Origin: Psammoneis japonica
Taxonomy: Eukaryota
Reading direction: 5' to 3'
DNA length: 64,000 nt
Assembly (NCBI GenBank): GCA_008632985.1
Contig: QPGO01000058.1
Location: 372,001 to 436,000, forward strand
In this document: positions 23,289 through 38,558 of the stretch, piece by piece
Layout: each line of letters starts with the position of its first letter
Position numbering within the stretch: position 1 is the first letter of the stretch
The notes under the pieces: model-generated
The model's database searches: none
What the model was told of the DNA's origin: nothing
What the model saw: only the letters and a program-made list of their open reading frames with translations
Translations under genes and position numbers: made by a program

Positions 23289-24440
23289 ATACATGGGCGG
23301 AGCCCTCGAAAGGACACACAGGAATGGACAAAACACCGGTCTCAAGTAGCCGACACGAGGGTGTCACTACGGCTTTGTATAAGAACTTATATAGTGCTTT
23401 TAATTTATATCCGCGTTGTTTTCGTATAAAAGTAGCATTGTAGTGGATCTTGATGGTTTCAGTTGCACCATCAACAATTTCTCCTTAAAGCTTGCCAGAA
23501 TGACGTTGAGATTTGCCACGAAAACTGAAGCAACCAAGAGCAGGTCCAACTTTTGTCAAAACGTGTAACAAGTTAGACGTTTTGACAAACGACGAAAGTT
23601 GCAATCATCATTGCAAGTTGCAATGATATTGTATCTATGAGAGAAAAATAGAAAGTTTCACCAAGAACAACAAACTGTCTCGTGTGTAGGCACCTCTAAT
23701 CAGATAAATTGAGAGAACATCTTTGAGTTGGCGTGCAAGAAGCACGTTTTATTTACTGTATCATAGTGCAAAACAAGAGAAATACTTCTTCTATCTTGAA
23801 TCTTGAATTGAATAATACCGTATAGAGATGATAAACAAAACCTTGTAAATAAAATTTCACGCGGCGGGGTGTCGGACAGATCCGCCATCCTTGTTAGAAT
23901 TGTTGTACAAAAAAGAGAGAGATAGAGAGAACGAAACGCACAAACCAAACACCTCGATGGAACTTGACATCAATTCTTCATTTGACAGATTTCAGCTTCC
24001 ACTCTTTCTTTCGCGAGCTCCACTTTATTTTCTTTTCCTGCGGAACAGAGTAGTGCGAACTTCCTCGTCAGTCATCCTCGACATTCCTCCTGTTCTGTTT
24101 CAATCTCAGGTCTCCTCCCTTTTGAAATTTTGCTCTTTCTGGTCGCGTCGTTCAGTTCTCGACGATGGTGCTGTGTTGTGTTTTTGTTTGGTGGTCGTAC
24201 CAGTGCATGCAGGTGTCATTCTTCAATTTCAAGGCATAAGTAGCAAGGCATTGCGACATTTATTACAAGTCTTCCGACTGGGGCAATAAATAGGATTGAC
24301 TCGCGCTATAAGAATCTACCGGTGTATGAAAAATGGCGGGAAAGCACGGCTTTCGTTCCCGTCGGAATCATTCGACTGCTAAATTCATCTGTCAACCATC
24401 GCATCAGCCAATGCGTACCCAACACCGCAGACCTATAACC

Positions 24441-26498
24441 ATGGCAACGCTGCCGCCATGGGCCAGCGTCGGTTCCTTTCAGCCATATGACAATATCGAG
24501 GACGATGAAGTCTTGGTGGAAGAAGAGGAGCCCTATCTATGTTCTCGTGTGTTTCGTGTCTGCTCTGCTCGAGTCGATCGTGCCGTTGACGAGTCCTTGA
24601 TAAGGTATACGGAAGATATTGCATCCCAAATTCAATCCTTTTTCCAGGCGCACTTGCCGCCAGAGCCACCGAAATCACAACAAACTCAGCACAGAAAGAC
24701 TCCACGAGAGGAATTGCGAGACTTGGGGTTGAATGATATGTTGGCAATGGAACCGCAAGAAGAGGTGCCCGATGAGGAAAATGATGAATTCGTCTTGGAA
24801 CCAAGCGTAAAGCAATCGGCATTGACTCTTCCGGTGGCGGTCGTGGAAAGTGCAGTCAGTATTCTAGATCGCCGTCTAGTGCAGCAGTCGCTTGCACGCT
24901 GTTGCGCTCGTATGCATCGTCGGCCTGCCGTTTGTTCGTTGGAAGAAGAAGTTACACTTCAGCAAGTTTTGGAACAATGTGTACAGCTAGAACCCAATCC
25001 TCATGTTTTTGAAAAGATTGTCAAGCAACGAAAGGGCGTCAACGTTGAGGATTCACTCCTGAGATGGGCATCTCATACCGGAACGTTTCAATCATTAATC
25101 ATCCTCGTTTCTTCGCATGACAACATTTCAGAATCCTTTATCCAAACATTGACAACGCTTCGATGTCAACACGGGCTACCGGTTCATTTGATTATTTTGA
25201 GCGAACCTCAATTTGGCACGCGGGCGGAAGGAACGATGGGAATGAATTTTCTTAACTGTTCCATGCCGCCGACGGATACATTGTATGGTACGGTCCGGGG
25301 ATCGTTGTAACGTGTTTTCTTTTCAAAGATTGATCTTTCTCATATCTTTCCAAACTCTATCTTTTCTAGAACGCATTTGGGAAATCTTATTTACCCATCC
25401 AGTTGATGATTTTCGATTGCCCGTGCTGTTGCCTCCTTCCGTAATTGAATGCATTCATGAAAACTATGTCAATCACACGAAGTCCATTGTTCGCATGGCT
25501 GCCATGTTGAAAGAGGCTCTTGCCAATCATTTTCAGTACACGGCATCCTTTTTTTCTATCATGGCTTGTAACAATCTGTTCAAACAAGAATGGCGCCGCG
25601 TGGCATGGTTCTGTGTCAATGCTCACGCCAAGGATGTTTTGTTTGATCTAGATAATGTACAAGGGAGTATGATTGGAACGTGGTTGGATGAAATCGACGA
25701 GCATCGACTGGATTTGAACATGGTGTTGCGAGTCCTACGCCAAGTGTTTCGAAAACGGCCCATGGCCAATGGATGCCGTCTGTGTTGCGTTTACAGGAAA
25801 CGCAAGACATTACTCGGGGGGCATTCCGGGGGATGCAACGAAAGCAAGTATTGTCAATTCTCGCAAGGTGTCTGAGAGAATTGTCATACAAGTCAGTCGT
25901 GGAGGTTCAAAATCGAAACGAAGAGAGACAACTCTTTGACTATCATCTTGGCGTACGACACAGCGATGTGCCACAAGAGTCGGCGTTATCAGTAGAATTG
26001 CCTTCGCAACTGTACGAGATCACGTTGCTAGTTGATAAGGGTTTTCAGCAGGGGTACGATCAAGAACTGCAACATGTATTGGACGAATGGGTATCGGCAA
26101 TATTCGAAAAGGCAAGGGCCATCATGAACAAGCTTCTAAATGGGAACCCACTTCGGAGCTCTCTAATCATGACAGAGGATCAGGCAAAGTTGACTGAAAA
26201 GGCAATTGTATGTGCTCAGCGACAGAGCCTGTCGACAGCTTTTCCAAATCCTCCAAATGATAGTGTTCCTGGTCAAATGATGAATTTAATTAACAATCGT
26301 GTCGAAATTGGACGTGATGAGTGGTTCCATCTGTATTCGAACCACGTCGTTGTGGAGGACGAAAAGCAAGCGTGGACCAGGTTCGCCTTTGGAATTTATG
26401 AGCTAATGCATGCAGGGCTCATCAAAGAGAAACGGGGATATCGAGGGGCAGAGCATGTGTACGAAAAGTGTGCCTTGGTGTGGTGTTCTGGTGTTTAA
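24441..26498 (+). CDS. ORC3: Origin recognition complex subunit 3-like protein (intron 25288-25369; apparent frameshift ~25770)
   Basis: ORC3-like segments GLPVHLIIL and SIVRMAAMLKEALANHF, and a C-terminal winged-helix pattern IGRDEWF...RFAFGIYELMHAGLIK...VYEK..LVW. The GT-AG intron joins TLY-ERIW in frame. Confidence 0.7.
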
Positions 26499-26815
26499 AT
26501 GCTGAGGTATAAATCACTCTCTAGAATAATACTTTAGCACGGTAAACTTCCAGATTCGATTCGTTCTCACATGACCAGCTCGGCCGTCCTTTTGTGCAGT
26601 GGCACGTTGGAGAATTTCCAAAAGACTCAACGTGACCAACTGCACCGGAGCTGATGCGTCAGACTCAGGGGCGCAAGCGCTTCCCTGGGGGGCTCCACAT
26701 TCACAATCACATCGGTGACACGATTGCCCCTTCTCCACACTATACATATAATATTATTATGAACAACAACAAACATCCGGTCTCCATCACACACAGAAGA
26801 ACCTTTGCACAGCAA

Positions 26816-29110
<2,295 letters not shown>

Positions 29111-30115
29111 AAAACGATTAGTTACGTGTCACTGGAGTCTACTGTCTTACAGAAGTCTCTCAAACACGGAAATGTATGATGTATATGGAGCGCTTACGTG
29201 GGTGATGCGTCGACGCCGGTATTCGGTGGGTCTCAATCGGTCCAATCAATTGACTCCCCGAATACCAACACTGCACCTCCCGCACCCACACAGAAACGAG
29301 ACCCAAGCAATAACAACCTATTGAGTCCTGGAAAACGCTCCGTGAGTTACAAGTCGAACGTGTTGTTGGTGGGAATGAATGGCAACACCATGTCCAATTC
29401 TCGGCGTCTGCAGGGCAAAGGAACAAAAACGGCGCCGCTCGTATTACGGGGAGTTACGGCGAGCAAACCACTCGCTCAAATCCCGGATAAATGTCCAACC
29501 TCGAATATTTTTTGCCGTTGAGATTCAATTTTTTGATAGAGAGGGTTGCCGTTATTGTGCACCACAATTATGTATCTAGGGATATACTCAGAAATGAAAA
29601 CATACAAAGTTGTAGGGTTATACTTGAATTGCCTTTTATATTCTGTATGATACAAATCGCCGTTTTTTTAATCAACGAAGAAAAGAAATAAAAAACTGAA
29701 TATAGATATAAATCACAAGCGATGTCCCCAACTGACACGACAGAACTACTACTGCCTCTATGTAGTTTAGTCTTGGATCAGTTAATCACGACTGGTTGAT
29801 TAACGAATCTTAATTGATCTTTTTATAGGGTACAGTATGTAATGTATGTACAGTAATGGCGAATAGTTTTCTTTGTGACACTACGCGACAAATCTGTACG
29901 TAAAAAAATGAGAACCCAACTCTAGGGCTACCGGTATGAACTGTTGTGTGGTGCGATTGGCATGTTTGCTGCCGCGATGACCGTTCTAATAATTGTTTCG
30001 TGCTTGGCACTATCCCAACTTCTCCTCCCTCTACTAGCCAACTTGTCAAAGAGGCGAGAGCATGTAGCGATGTTCATAAACGGATCGAATTTTCTCTGGC
30101 AAAGACGGCACAGCA

Positions 30116-32378
30116 ATGATTACTACAAAACCCACGCTATACCTGACCATCGCTGGATTAGCTCTGTGGTATGCAACGATAGCAACGGTAGTGCATGGAA
30201 AGAAAACTGATCAGGTGAGAACTTTGACAAATGGATCGTTTATTCAAAGCAGCCTTTTCCCATTGTTTGGCTATTCTGCGTTTCCTGTTTCCTCTTTTTC
30301 TTTACCATATCTTTGTTCCCAAAACCCAGCTCACCATCGAGACGAAACGTTGGTATCCGATTGGAGGTTTCTGGAAAGAGAAGGGTAACTTATTTGCAAA
30401 CTCGATTTCAATGTCAAGGAACGGAGAGTGTGTAGCTGCTTCATCACCAAACTATGATCGTGGCCGCGGCAAAGTTCAAATCAGGAAAATCATGCCAAAT
30501 GGGATGTTGGAACCTCTCGGTGACGGAATTATTGGCAAGGGGGCAAAGGATCACATTGGGCAAAGATCGATTCTGCTTTCGTCAAACTGTGACTACATTG
30601 CAGTTGGTAAACTTATTCCCGTGGACTCAAAGAAAGAAACCGTGATCCGTGTGTACAAGTACATCAAAACAGAAAATCAATGGGAACAGGTTGGAGATGA
30701 TATTTGGGGCGGGCATTCTTACACATTTCATAATCATTTCTCCATGTCTGATGATGGTAAACGAGTCGTCGCTTGCAATAGGCTGTGGTCGGACCACCGA
30801 GGGATTTGCAAAGTGTATCAATGGACCAATCGATGGAAACAACTGGGGCAAGATCTTACAGGAAATGAAGATGGCGAAGGAATTTATTTCGGGCGTGCAA
30901 TCGAGATGTCTGGGAACGGAAATTTTATTGCGGTCTCAACCTTTGGGCCTTGGCCAAACACTGATCTCGTTGAAGTCTTTGAATTGAATACATCTGGATC
31001 GTCACCGCACTGGGCAAAGCGAGACGAGCTTGTAGGAGACCACGCGGGAGATCAATATGTAGTGGATTCCATTTCTTTTACTCCAGACGGAGATACTCTA
31101 GCTATTGGACTAGACAGAAATAGTCATCAAAATGGTCGGCTACAGGTTTACAAATGGGACAACGCTTCGTCTTCGTATGATATGATTGGGGATTCAACGG
31201 ACGGCAAAGAGCTGGAAGAATGTGGAAGATCTGTCTCACTCTCTTCTGACGGCCTTCGCCTTGCTTTCAGTTGCTATTATGATCCATTTCATAAAGGGGC
31301 CGCGAGGGTGTATGACTACGATGTTTCTCGAGGGATCTGGGAGCGGAGCTCGCAAAAGAACCTCAGCGATAGACCGGAGAAGTGGTTGACAAAATTGGAA
31401 ATGTCAGGCGACGGAAGTCGTCTCGCTATTGCTTATCCTATATGGAATGAAGATGGCTATAAAGGCCGTGCACGTCTCTATCAGTATCCCAAGTCAACCG
31501 CCACAATCGTCCACCCGGAAGACTTGACCATGGAGTGCGGTATCGGCAACTCTACCTCTACCTTTGAGGCTGTTAAGTTTGAAGACTTTTGCACGGGGTT
31601 GAACGTCCATAGCCGCGACTCAATCAAGCGACATTGTGGAGGGACCAGGACAATCACGCGTCAGTGGACGGCGACAGACGGCTGCAGCGCAAGCGTATCA
31701 GCAAGTCAGACCGTCTCACTGACTGACACTACGCCTCCTCGTCTGGCTGCGGAGCATGAAACCGTTCTGCTAAGATGCGGCGATTCCTTTGACCCCACTA
31801 CGGACGTAAGTGCGTATGATTCTTGCGAGGGCAAAATATCTGCCTCAAGCATGAGCAGCTCAGGTTCGGTTGACGTGAATACAGTCGGGACGTACGAAAG
31901 CACAGCTAGTGTGAGCGATGGATGCAACAATCGGGCAGAGCTTTCTCGCAAGGTTTTGGTTTCTTACAGCGTGAGGGGGTCAGCCGCCATTCGCAACGTG
32001 ATGGGGCTTTGTTCATCGCCTGGCCCAGATGATGAGTTCGTCTGTCCAGCAAGAATAAAGAACATAAAGGTATCGCGGCATCGTCTTGTCTTGAAAATGC
32101 AGTTGAGGGATTGCCACGGAGAGCTGGTGACAGAAGCTCTTGAAGGAACTCAACTGCAACCAAAACTGAGTCGCATTTTGAAATTCGGGCCGAACGGCAC
32201 CATGGAAAATACAGCTGTTGAAGGGGGAACTATGAGACTTTTAAAGAACAAACGAAAGTGGCAGTACGTTGTAATCCCCTCCACACTCGGAGAGATTGGC
32301 TGCTATGCGGCAGAATTCGAGATCCCTCTGCCCGGCGGTGGGGTAGTGTACGCTAATGCTGCCTTTGGTTTGAAGTAG
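30116..32378 (+). CDS. Secreted beta-propeller (FG-GAP/WD-like repeats) with HYR/Ig-like C-terminal domains (intron 30215-30329)
   Basis: Signal peptide exon MITTKPTLYLTIAGLALWYATIATVVHG, repeated S.S.DG..lA blades, TITRQWTATDGC, DTTPP and GSVDVNTVGTY. Confidence 0.8.
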
Positions 32379-32515
32379 CGAGTAGCGAAAGAGTAATGTA
32401 TACTATTTCATGCACTGGTGGGCTAAATAAATAGGAGAGTAGAGACGGAGGGGGGTGAATGCAAGGTTACTGTAGAAGCGGCTGGATGGATGACGCCCGC
32501 GTTTTCGCCATTGCA

Positions 32516-32570
32516 CCAGGCACAGGCTCAGGCTCAGGCACAGGCTCAGGCACAGGCTCAGGCACAGGCT
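32516..32570. repeat. Hexamer minisatellite (CAGGCW)n
   Basis: caggcacaggctcaggctcaggcacaggct..., about 9 units. Confidence 0.9.
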
Positions 32571-34039
32571 CTAGCTTGTGGAGCTTGTTGAAGTGTTGTC
32601 GAATTGCAGGGCTCACAACAGGCTCACCAGTTTTTGACACACCTGGGAACACTGAACATTGTTCTTTTGCACCGAGAACCATGCGGACTCAGTGTGCAAA
32701 TGGTGTGCAAAGTAGTGCTCAATGACTCTCTCAAGCTCATCATCAGCGTCGGCGCCGCTCCACATGATCATGCAGGGCTCTCTCTCACAAAGTGCCTTCC
32801 AACTGTTCAACAGCAGTGCTGTCTAAGGACAGCCAACAGCAGAGAAAATGATGGTTGGTTTTGCTGCTTGGGAAACTTGAGCCAGCCATCACAATGCTGT
32901 CTGTGTGGTGCCAGCCTGATCCCGGAGCTGCTTGCAACTCACAGGAGTGACTCACAGGACCAACAAAAACTTGGTGCTTGAGACACTCTTTGGCACCTCT
33001 TTCTTTATGATGCTTGACAGCATGTTCATAAAACAATTGCCACTTTGTTGCTCATCAGAGAGTTGATTCCTGGCAACCAGCACTGCTGGAGTCCATGGCC
33101 TTGGCACTTCAATTTTTTTGAAACCCTTGTGAAAAAATGTCCAATTGCCCTGGCCCCACCCTTCAGGATTGTGAGAAGTTTGTCATGAGCAACACACAGG
33201 AGGTCTCTTGCTTGTGCAACACAGCATGCAATGTGAACCATGATCATTGGCACATCCACAGCTGCAGCACTGCTTGAAGCCCCCCTTTTCTTTTTTTGTC
33301 ACATCTTGATTTGAAACATTTTGCAACAAATGGTGGCAATTGTGATGCACTGCAGACCTTGCACAAATGAACACATGTGGTGAAATCCAGTCAAGTGAGC
33401 AGTGGGTGAAGGTTTTGCATCATGCTGAACCTTGCACACCAGAACACAATGGCAAGATTCAGCAAACTGAAGTTCTTCTGCAACACACTTCCTCATAATT
33501 TCAGCTCATTTTTCATCCAGCCATTTGCATCAAATTGAGCTGTCAACATGCAATCAACCTCAAGCAAAGAACAAAGAGAAAGGTGTTCTCAGGGGATGGT
33601 TCTCCTTCTTACTTTCTCTCTTGGAGAAGGGGTGGGCAAGCAAACTGCTGGTGCTGTTTCTTCTGTGAGTCAACATTTCAACTGACCACAATTGTCCTGC
33701 ACAACATGGAAACACAGTGGTCATCAACTGGAGTCAAGAATGCCAAACAGATGCCACAAGTTGCATGTTGCACCAAAGCTCCATTTGACAACCAAATTTC
33801 TTTGAAAGGAGCGCTGGTCTCAACCTTGGGATTGCACTTCTGCCTTCTGTGATGTTTGTGGGTGCTGCTGCTGGGCTCCATGATGTGGTGGTCTTTTGTT
33901 CATTTGGACAATGATGGCTTGTGAGTCTGGCATGCCCCATGCTGTGTTGCTGACAATTTTGACAATGGTGGTGCCAGCAGAGCTCTGTGGGAAAGGGGGT
34001 GAGCAGGGTTGGAGGCAAGTTGAAAACAGATCAGACAAG

Positions 34040-36620
34040 CTTTGCTGACCTGGTGTGTTGCAACACATGCAGAAGCCTTTCAGGGTGCGCTGCTTCCTGG
34101 AGGAGCCAAAATGTCTTGTGATCAAGGAGAGGCAGATTGTGACAAGATCAACAAGGCTGGCTTTGTGGGCATTGGCATGGGGTGCAACAAAGCCACTTGC
34201 CCAACTGCATTTGAAGCTTGCTGTTTCCCTGACAAAAACAATTGTGCCATGTTGAAGCAAGACACTTGTGATTCAAGAAGAGGGAACTTCAAAGGTCCCT
34301 TCTCCACCTGTGGTGGTGGAACTTGCCCACCAAGCCTCAAAACCAGATTTGGTGCACGCTTTTCCCTGCCAAAGCAAAAGAGTGTCTCTTCATGAAGATG
34401 GAGCAGGGTCTGACTCCACAGGAGGAATTTTCAACCACATCAGTTCTGGGTGCAACAAGGCCACCTGCCCGGGTGCTTTTGGTGCTTGTTGTTTTCCAGA
34501 CAGAGGCGCATGTTCTCAAAACAAAAATCTGTGGTGTTGGGAAGGCATTTTTTTAAGGTTCTTTGTCCACATGGAATGCCAGAATCTGTGAAACAGGGGA
34601 ACACCAACCAGTTTCTTTGCTCTTGTTCCAGAGCATTTCTCCACACCTTCCCTGGATTCATTCCCAGCTTGTTCCACCCACTCTTGTGCTCACAACTTTC
34701 AATCCATCCACCTGTCTTGTCCCAGCAGAAAAGTTGAGAGTGCACTGGCAGAGCACCACATGGCAAGCTGATCTGGTCCATTCCAAGAAAGCAACAAGGT
34801 TGATTCTGTGCATGGTGCTGCTTGGCTCATGTCTTTTTCACTGTCTGTCACTCAGACTGTAGACAAATGTGGCATCAGAGCCAGAGTGACAAGAGAAGCA
34901 AAAAATGTGATGACCAAATGCTTCAAGATGTGTTCAACCATTGCAAAGGCAGTTGATTTGATCAACCAGGGGGAGTTGATGCATTGGACAATGTTGTTGA
35001 GATGAACAAGAGGTTCACTCAGGCAATGGCCAAAGTGGGTGAAGCCTTCATTGCAATGGCCATGAACCTTGACATCACAAATGATGAAGCAAAACTGTTG
35101 ACTCTTGGACCACAAGGAAGAGCCATCATGGAATGAGCAAAAACAAGTCTGGAAAATGCTGCGGCATTGTCAAGAACAACTGAAGATGCTGCAATGTGGC
35201 ATGAATGGTGGGGGGCATCTCTTGAAGAGACTCTTGGCTTTGCCATCAACACACAAGCAAGAATGATGGAGGATGCTGTGGGTCTGATGCAATCAATGGT
35301 GTCAATCAACATGCCCTGCTGCCAGATGCCATTCCATCACATGGAACATGGTTTAGACTGTGCAGCACTTTCTTTGAAGTCTCAATTGACTTTCCAAATT
35401 TTGACCTCCCACCAGAATGTGCAGCCTCCTGCAATGAAATTTCCAAGACCAGCATAAATTTGATGATCAAGCACATTCAAAATGCAAGCCAAAGAAATCC
35501 TCCAGCCAGTCTGACAAAGAAAAAGTCATTCCTGACAATTTGTGTGTTGTGTCAGCACCCATTCTACAGCTCATTGCTCAGCTTGGATTGCAATCTGATT
35601 GCATCAAATGCTGTGATCCTGTCATTGAAGGAAATCACTTTTCTTGTTGACAAGTTTTCCAGCTTTGTTGACTTGGCCACATGCTTTGTTGATCTGCTCT
35701 TGGATGCTGCAGACAAGTGTCTCCAAGCCATTCCAAATGAGTTGTTTGGACCACTCATTGAGAAAATTAACAAACCAATTTCTGAGGTCAACAAATTGAC
35801 AAACAACTTGAATGGAGTGGTGTTGGTTTTACCTGACATTAATCTCAAGGCACCTGAAATCAGTTTTGACAAAGCAGTGCGCACCATCAAAGATTTTGGG
35901 CTGCAGCTCACAGCTGCCCCAACTCTTTGTGGCCCTTCCAGCATTGAGAATGTTGCCAATGCCAACTTGGAAATGGTGTTCCCTTCAACACCCAAGACAT
36001 CATTGGCTCCCAGCTTGAGAGCAATGCATGCACCAGTGCATGCACCAACAATCTTCCAGGAATGATCCCATGCTGTGAGTTTGCCTCTCCATGGCTCGCC
36101 CCAACCACCTGCCAGAAGGGCTTGCAAACAGGGGCCAGAGCCATGCAGACATGGTGCTGATTGTGCCTTTTGCACATGCAGACGTGGAACTGGATCAGAG
36201 CTTGCCTCTGGTGGAGAACTGGGGGAGACTTGCAGCGTCAATGGTCAGTGTTCCATGGGAGGATGCAACTTGATTTTCCCCTTGAGGTGCCTCACACAAG
36301 CGCATGTGACATTGTCAGCAAAACAACCTTGTGACTCCTCATTCCCATGCATTTGCCTGCATGCAGCTCAATGTTGGTGAGTCAGGGTGTGATGAATCTT
36401 TGCTGGACTGTGTTGGCAATGAATTTTGCACTCATGGAACATGCTCCAATGGAAGTGCAAGCACCATTGCATCTGTTTCACGCAAATCAGAAGCGCTGTT
36501 TCTTGTTGGTCTCACTTGAATCATCAACACTTGAAGGGCTGGTTTGAAGTGTGTCTTGGATGCAGACTGTCAACCCTGACATTGTGAAGTGCTCAGTGGT
36601 TGCATTGAGAAAGTGCAAAG
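34040..36620 (+). pseudogene. Degraded gene for a Cys-rich extracellular-type protein (GACC repeats, helical middle region, C-terminal Cys knots)
   Basis: Repeats such as GCNKATCPTAFEACCFPDKNNC...GNFKGPFSTCGGGTCP and GCNKATCPGAFGACCFPD, later GELGETCSVNGQCSMGGC. Many frame breaks. Confidence 0.6.
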
Positions 36621-36639
36621 TTTTGACATGCTGATCATG

Positions 36640-38330
36640 CTCTGCTTTTTGCTGGTGCATGAATGTCCACTTAGAAAGCACTTCATCTTTCTCATCACTG
36701 GCTTTTTCCATGGCTCTTAAAAGAATCTGGTTGGTGGCAATTGTTTTGACAACAGGGGCTGTGTTCCTGGTGGCAGCTCCTGCACTCTCTTCTTTGCTTG
36801 CTCAGACAGATGGGTGTGGCTGTGCAAGTGCAGTCTTTCTAAACATGCCGCATGAGGGCATTGAGATGGACTCAAGTCTTGATGCATCAAACTCTCTGAC
36901 TTTGTTCCTTTCAAATGCTTGCTTGGCCAATGCAGAAAACAGATCAAAGTGTCTTGTTGATGTGCAGACTTGTCAATGGCTGCATTGGGCATGCTTTTCT
37001 CTCAAGCAATTGGGCAGAAAGTGTCGTTTCTTGTTCACTTGATGTTGTTTCCTCATCTTTTTTTTTAGCAAAGCAGGCATTGGAGGAGGGTGCTTTGACA
37101 GTGGTGACTGCTGCATTCCTGGCACCTTGTGTTTGCAGCATGAGCTCAAATGGAAGCACAAGTGCGGCAAACAAAGCCAACAACTTTTTTGGCAATGAGG
37201 AATCACATCTGTCCTCAGCAGTTCTGGCTCACCCCCCAATGTTTCATTTGCCCAAACAGGATGGTTCCAGATGTGTTCTTTCTGGGAACTGTAATCTGCT
37301 GGTCTTTGTGATGTGATTGGTGGATGCTTTGGGTGAGGCCACACACAAATTGGAGTGAGAGCAACCCCAAAAGTTGTCATGGCTCACATCTCACTTTTCC
37401 CCTGCGCCATTGTTAAAAGCAAAAAGACACAAGGCTCTGGGTGCTTCCTTTCAAGTGAGTGCCAGAGCAACTTTTGTCTCTTCTTTGCTTGCCAGCAAAA
37501 ATGGTGGTGAGTTTGTGTGTGGCTGGCTGCAGCTGTTTGGAGCTTTGGTTGTGGCCAACAAAGAGGGACTTTGCACGAAGGTTGTGTCAAAGCACTGATG
37601 TCTAATGCACATGATCTCAGGGTGGTGTTTTTGCAGCTCTCATTGCACTGAAACTTTGAGCTCCACCTTGTTGCTTGTCTGTCTTTTGCCCAAGGCATGC
37701 TGACAGACAATGAAGGAAATGAAGATTGATGAAAAAATGTCTCATTTCCACTGCACAGTGGCAGTGGCCTGTCAGAGAACTGAAAAGACACCATTGTGTG
37801 TTTCTTCTTTCTCTTCCTGGCAGTTGTCATCAGTTGAAAATGAGTCTCCATTGTCTGCCTGACACAAGACCACTCACGCAGACACACATCATCTCCACTT
37901 GCTTGCAACAAAAATGATGTCTGTGGAAGGGTGAACCAACTTGCAACACAGGGCTGGAAGGTGAGTTGGCGAAGCTTTCATGCAAAGCAGAGCCAAGAAA
38001 GCATTGTTGGAAGTGCATCAGGCTTGCAACAACTGAGAAGATGTGAGAATCTTCTCGTTGTTGTGGGAAACACAAAAGCAAACAAAGCAAAGTTCGTGTG
38101 CCTGGCACGGCCGTCGTTGCACTCTGACAGAAGCCCTGATGCTGGATCGGCAAAGGGCAGATGTTGTAACATCATCTGCTGCATTTTGAAGAAGCAGCGT
38201 GTGTTGTTGTGTGTGGTGTGTCATGTGTGGTTTCGGTGTGGTGCTTGTGACAGAAGTTGGAAACATGTTTGGGAGAGGACGCTGCATGCAGGTTGTACCG
38301 GCATGGCCAGACCTTCACTTGAAACAATCT
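36640..38330 (-). mobile_element. Possible hAT-like transposase relic
   Basis: QATRWSSKF resembles the hAT TRWNS motif. The rest is too degraded to read. Confidence 0.3.
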
Positions 38331-38558
38331 GGCTGGCCTGGGCTGGCTGACATGCGGCCACGCGCAGATTTGAGATTTATTGTGTCGGCCGAAATATGCG
38401 GGAATCATCACCTTACCGTCTGTCCGATAGTCCGACTTCCCTCCGTCCCGAATCATCAACCAAAATCAATCACGAAAATTCGGGTAGTGGGCGATCGACG
38501 ATGACGGCGATCGGGCAACGAACGCCCTGGAGAGCTTAAACCTAGATAGCAAAGCATA

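Larger units (their letters stand above)
32480..38380. other. TpA/CpG-depleted hypermutated block 3
   Basis: Starts about 100 bp after the stop at 32378, with near absence of TA and CG until about 38375. Confidence 0.88.

Noticed and set aside
23700..24289. ORFs 23700..23948 and 23891..24289 as genes
   Set aside because: Non-ATG starts and no recognisable motifs, and the more coding-like minus strand is interrupted by stops.
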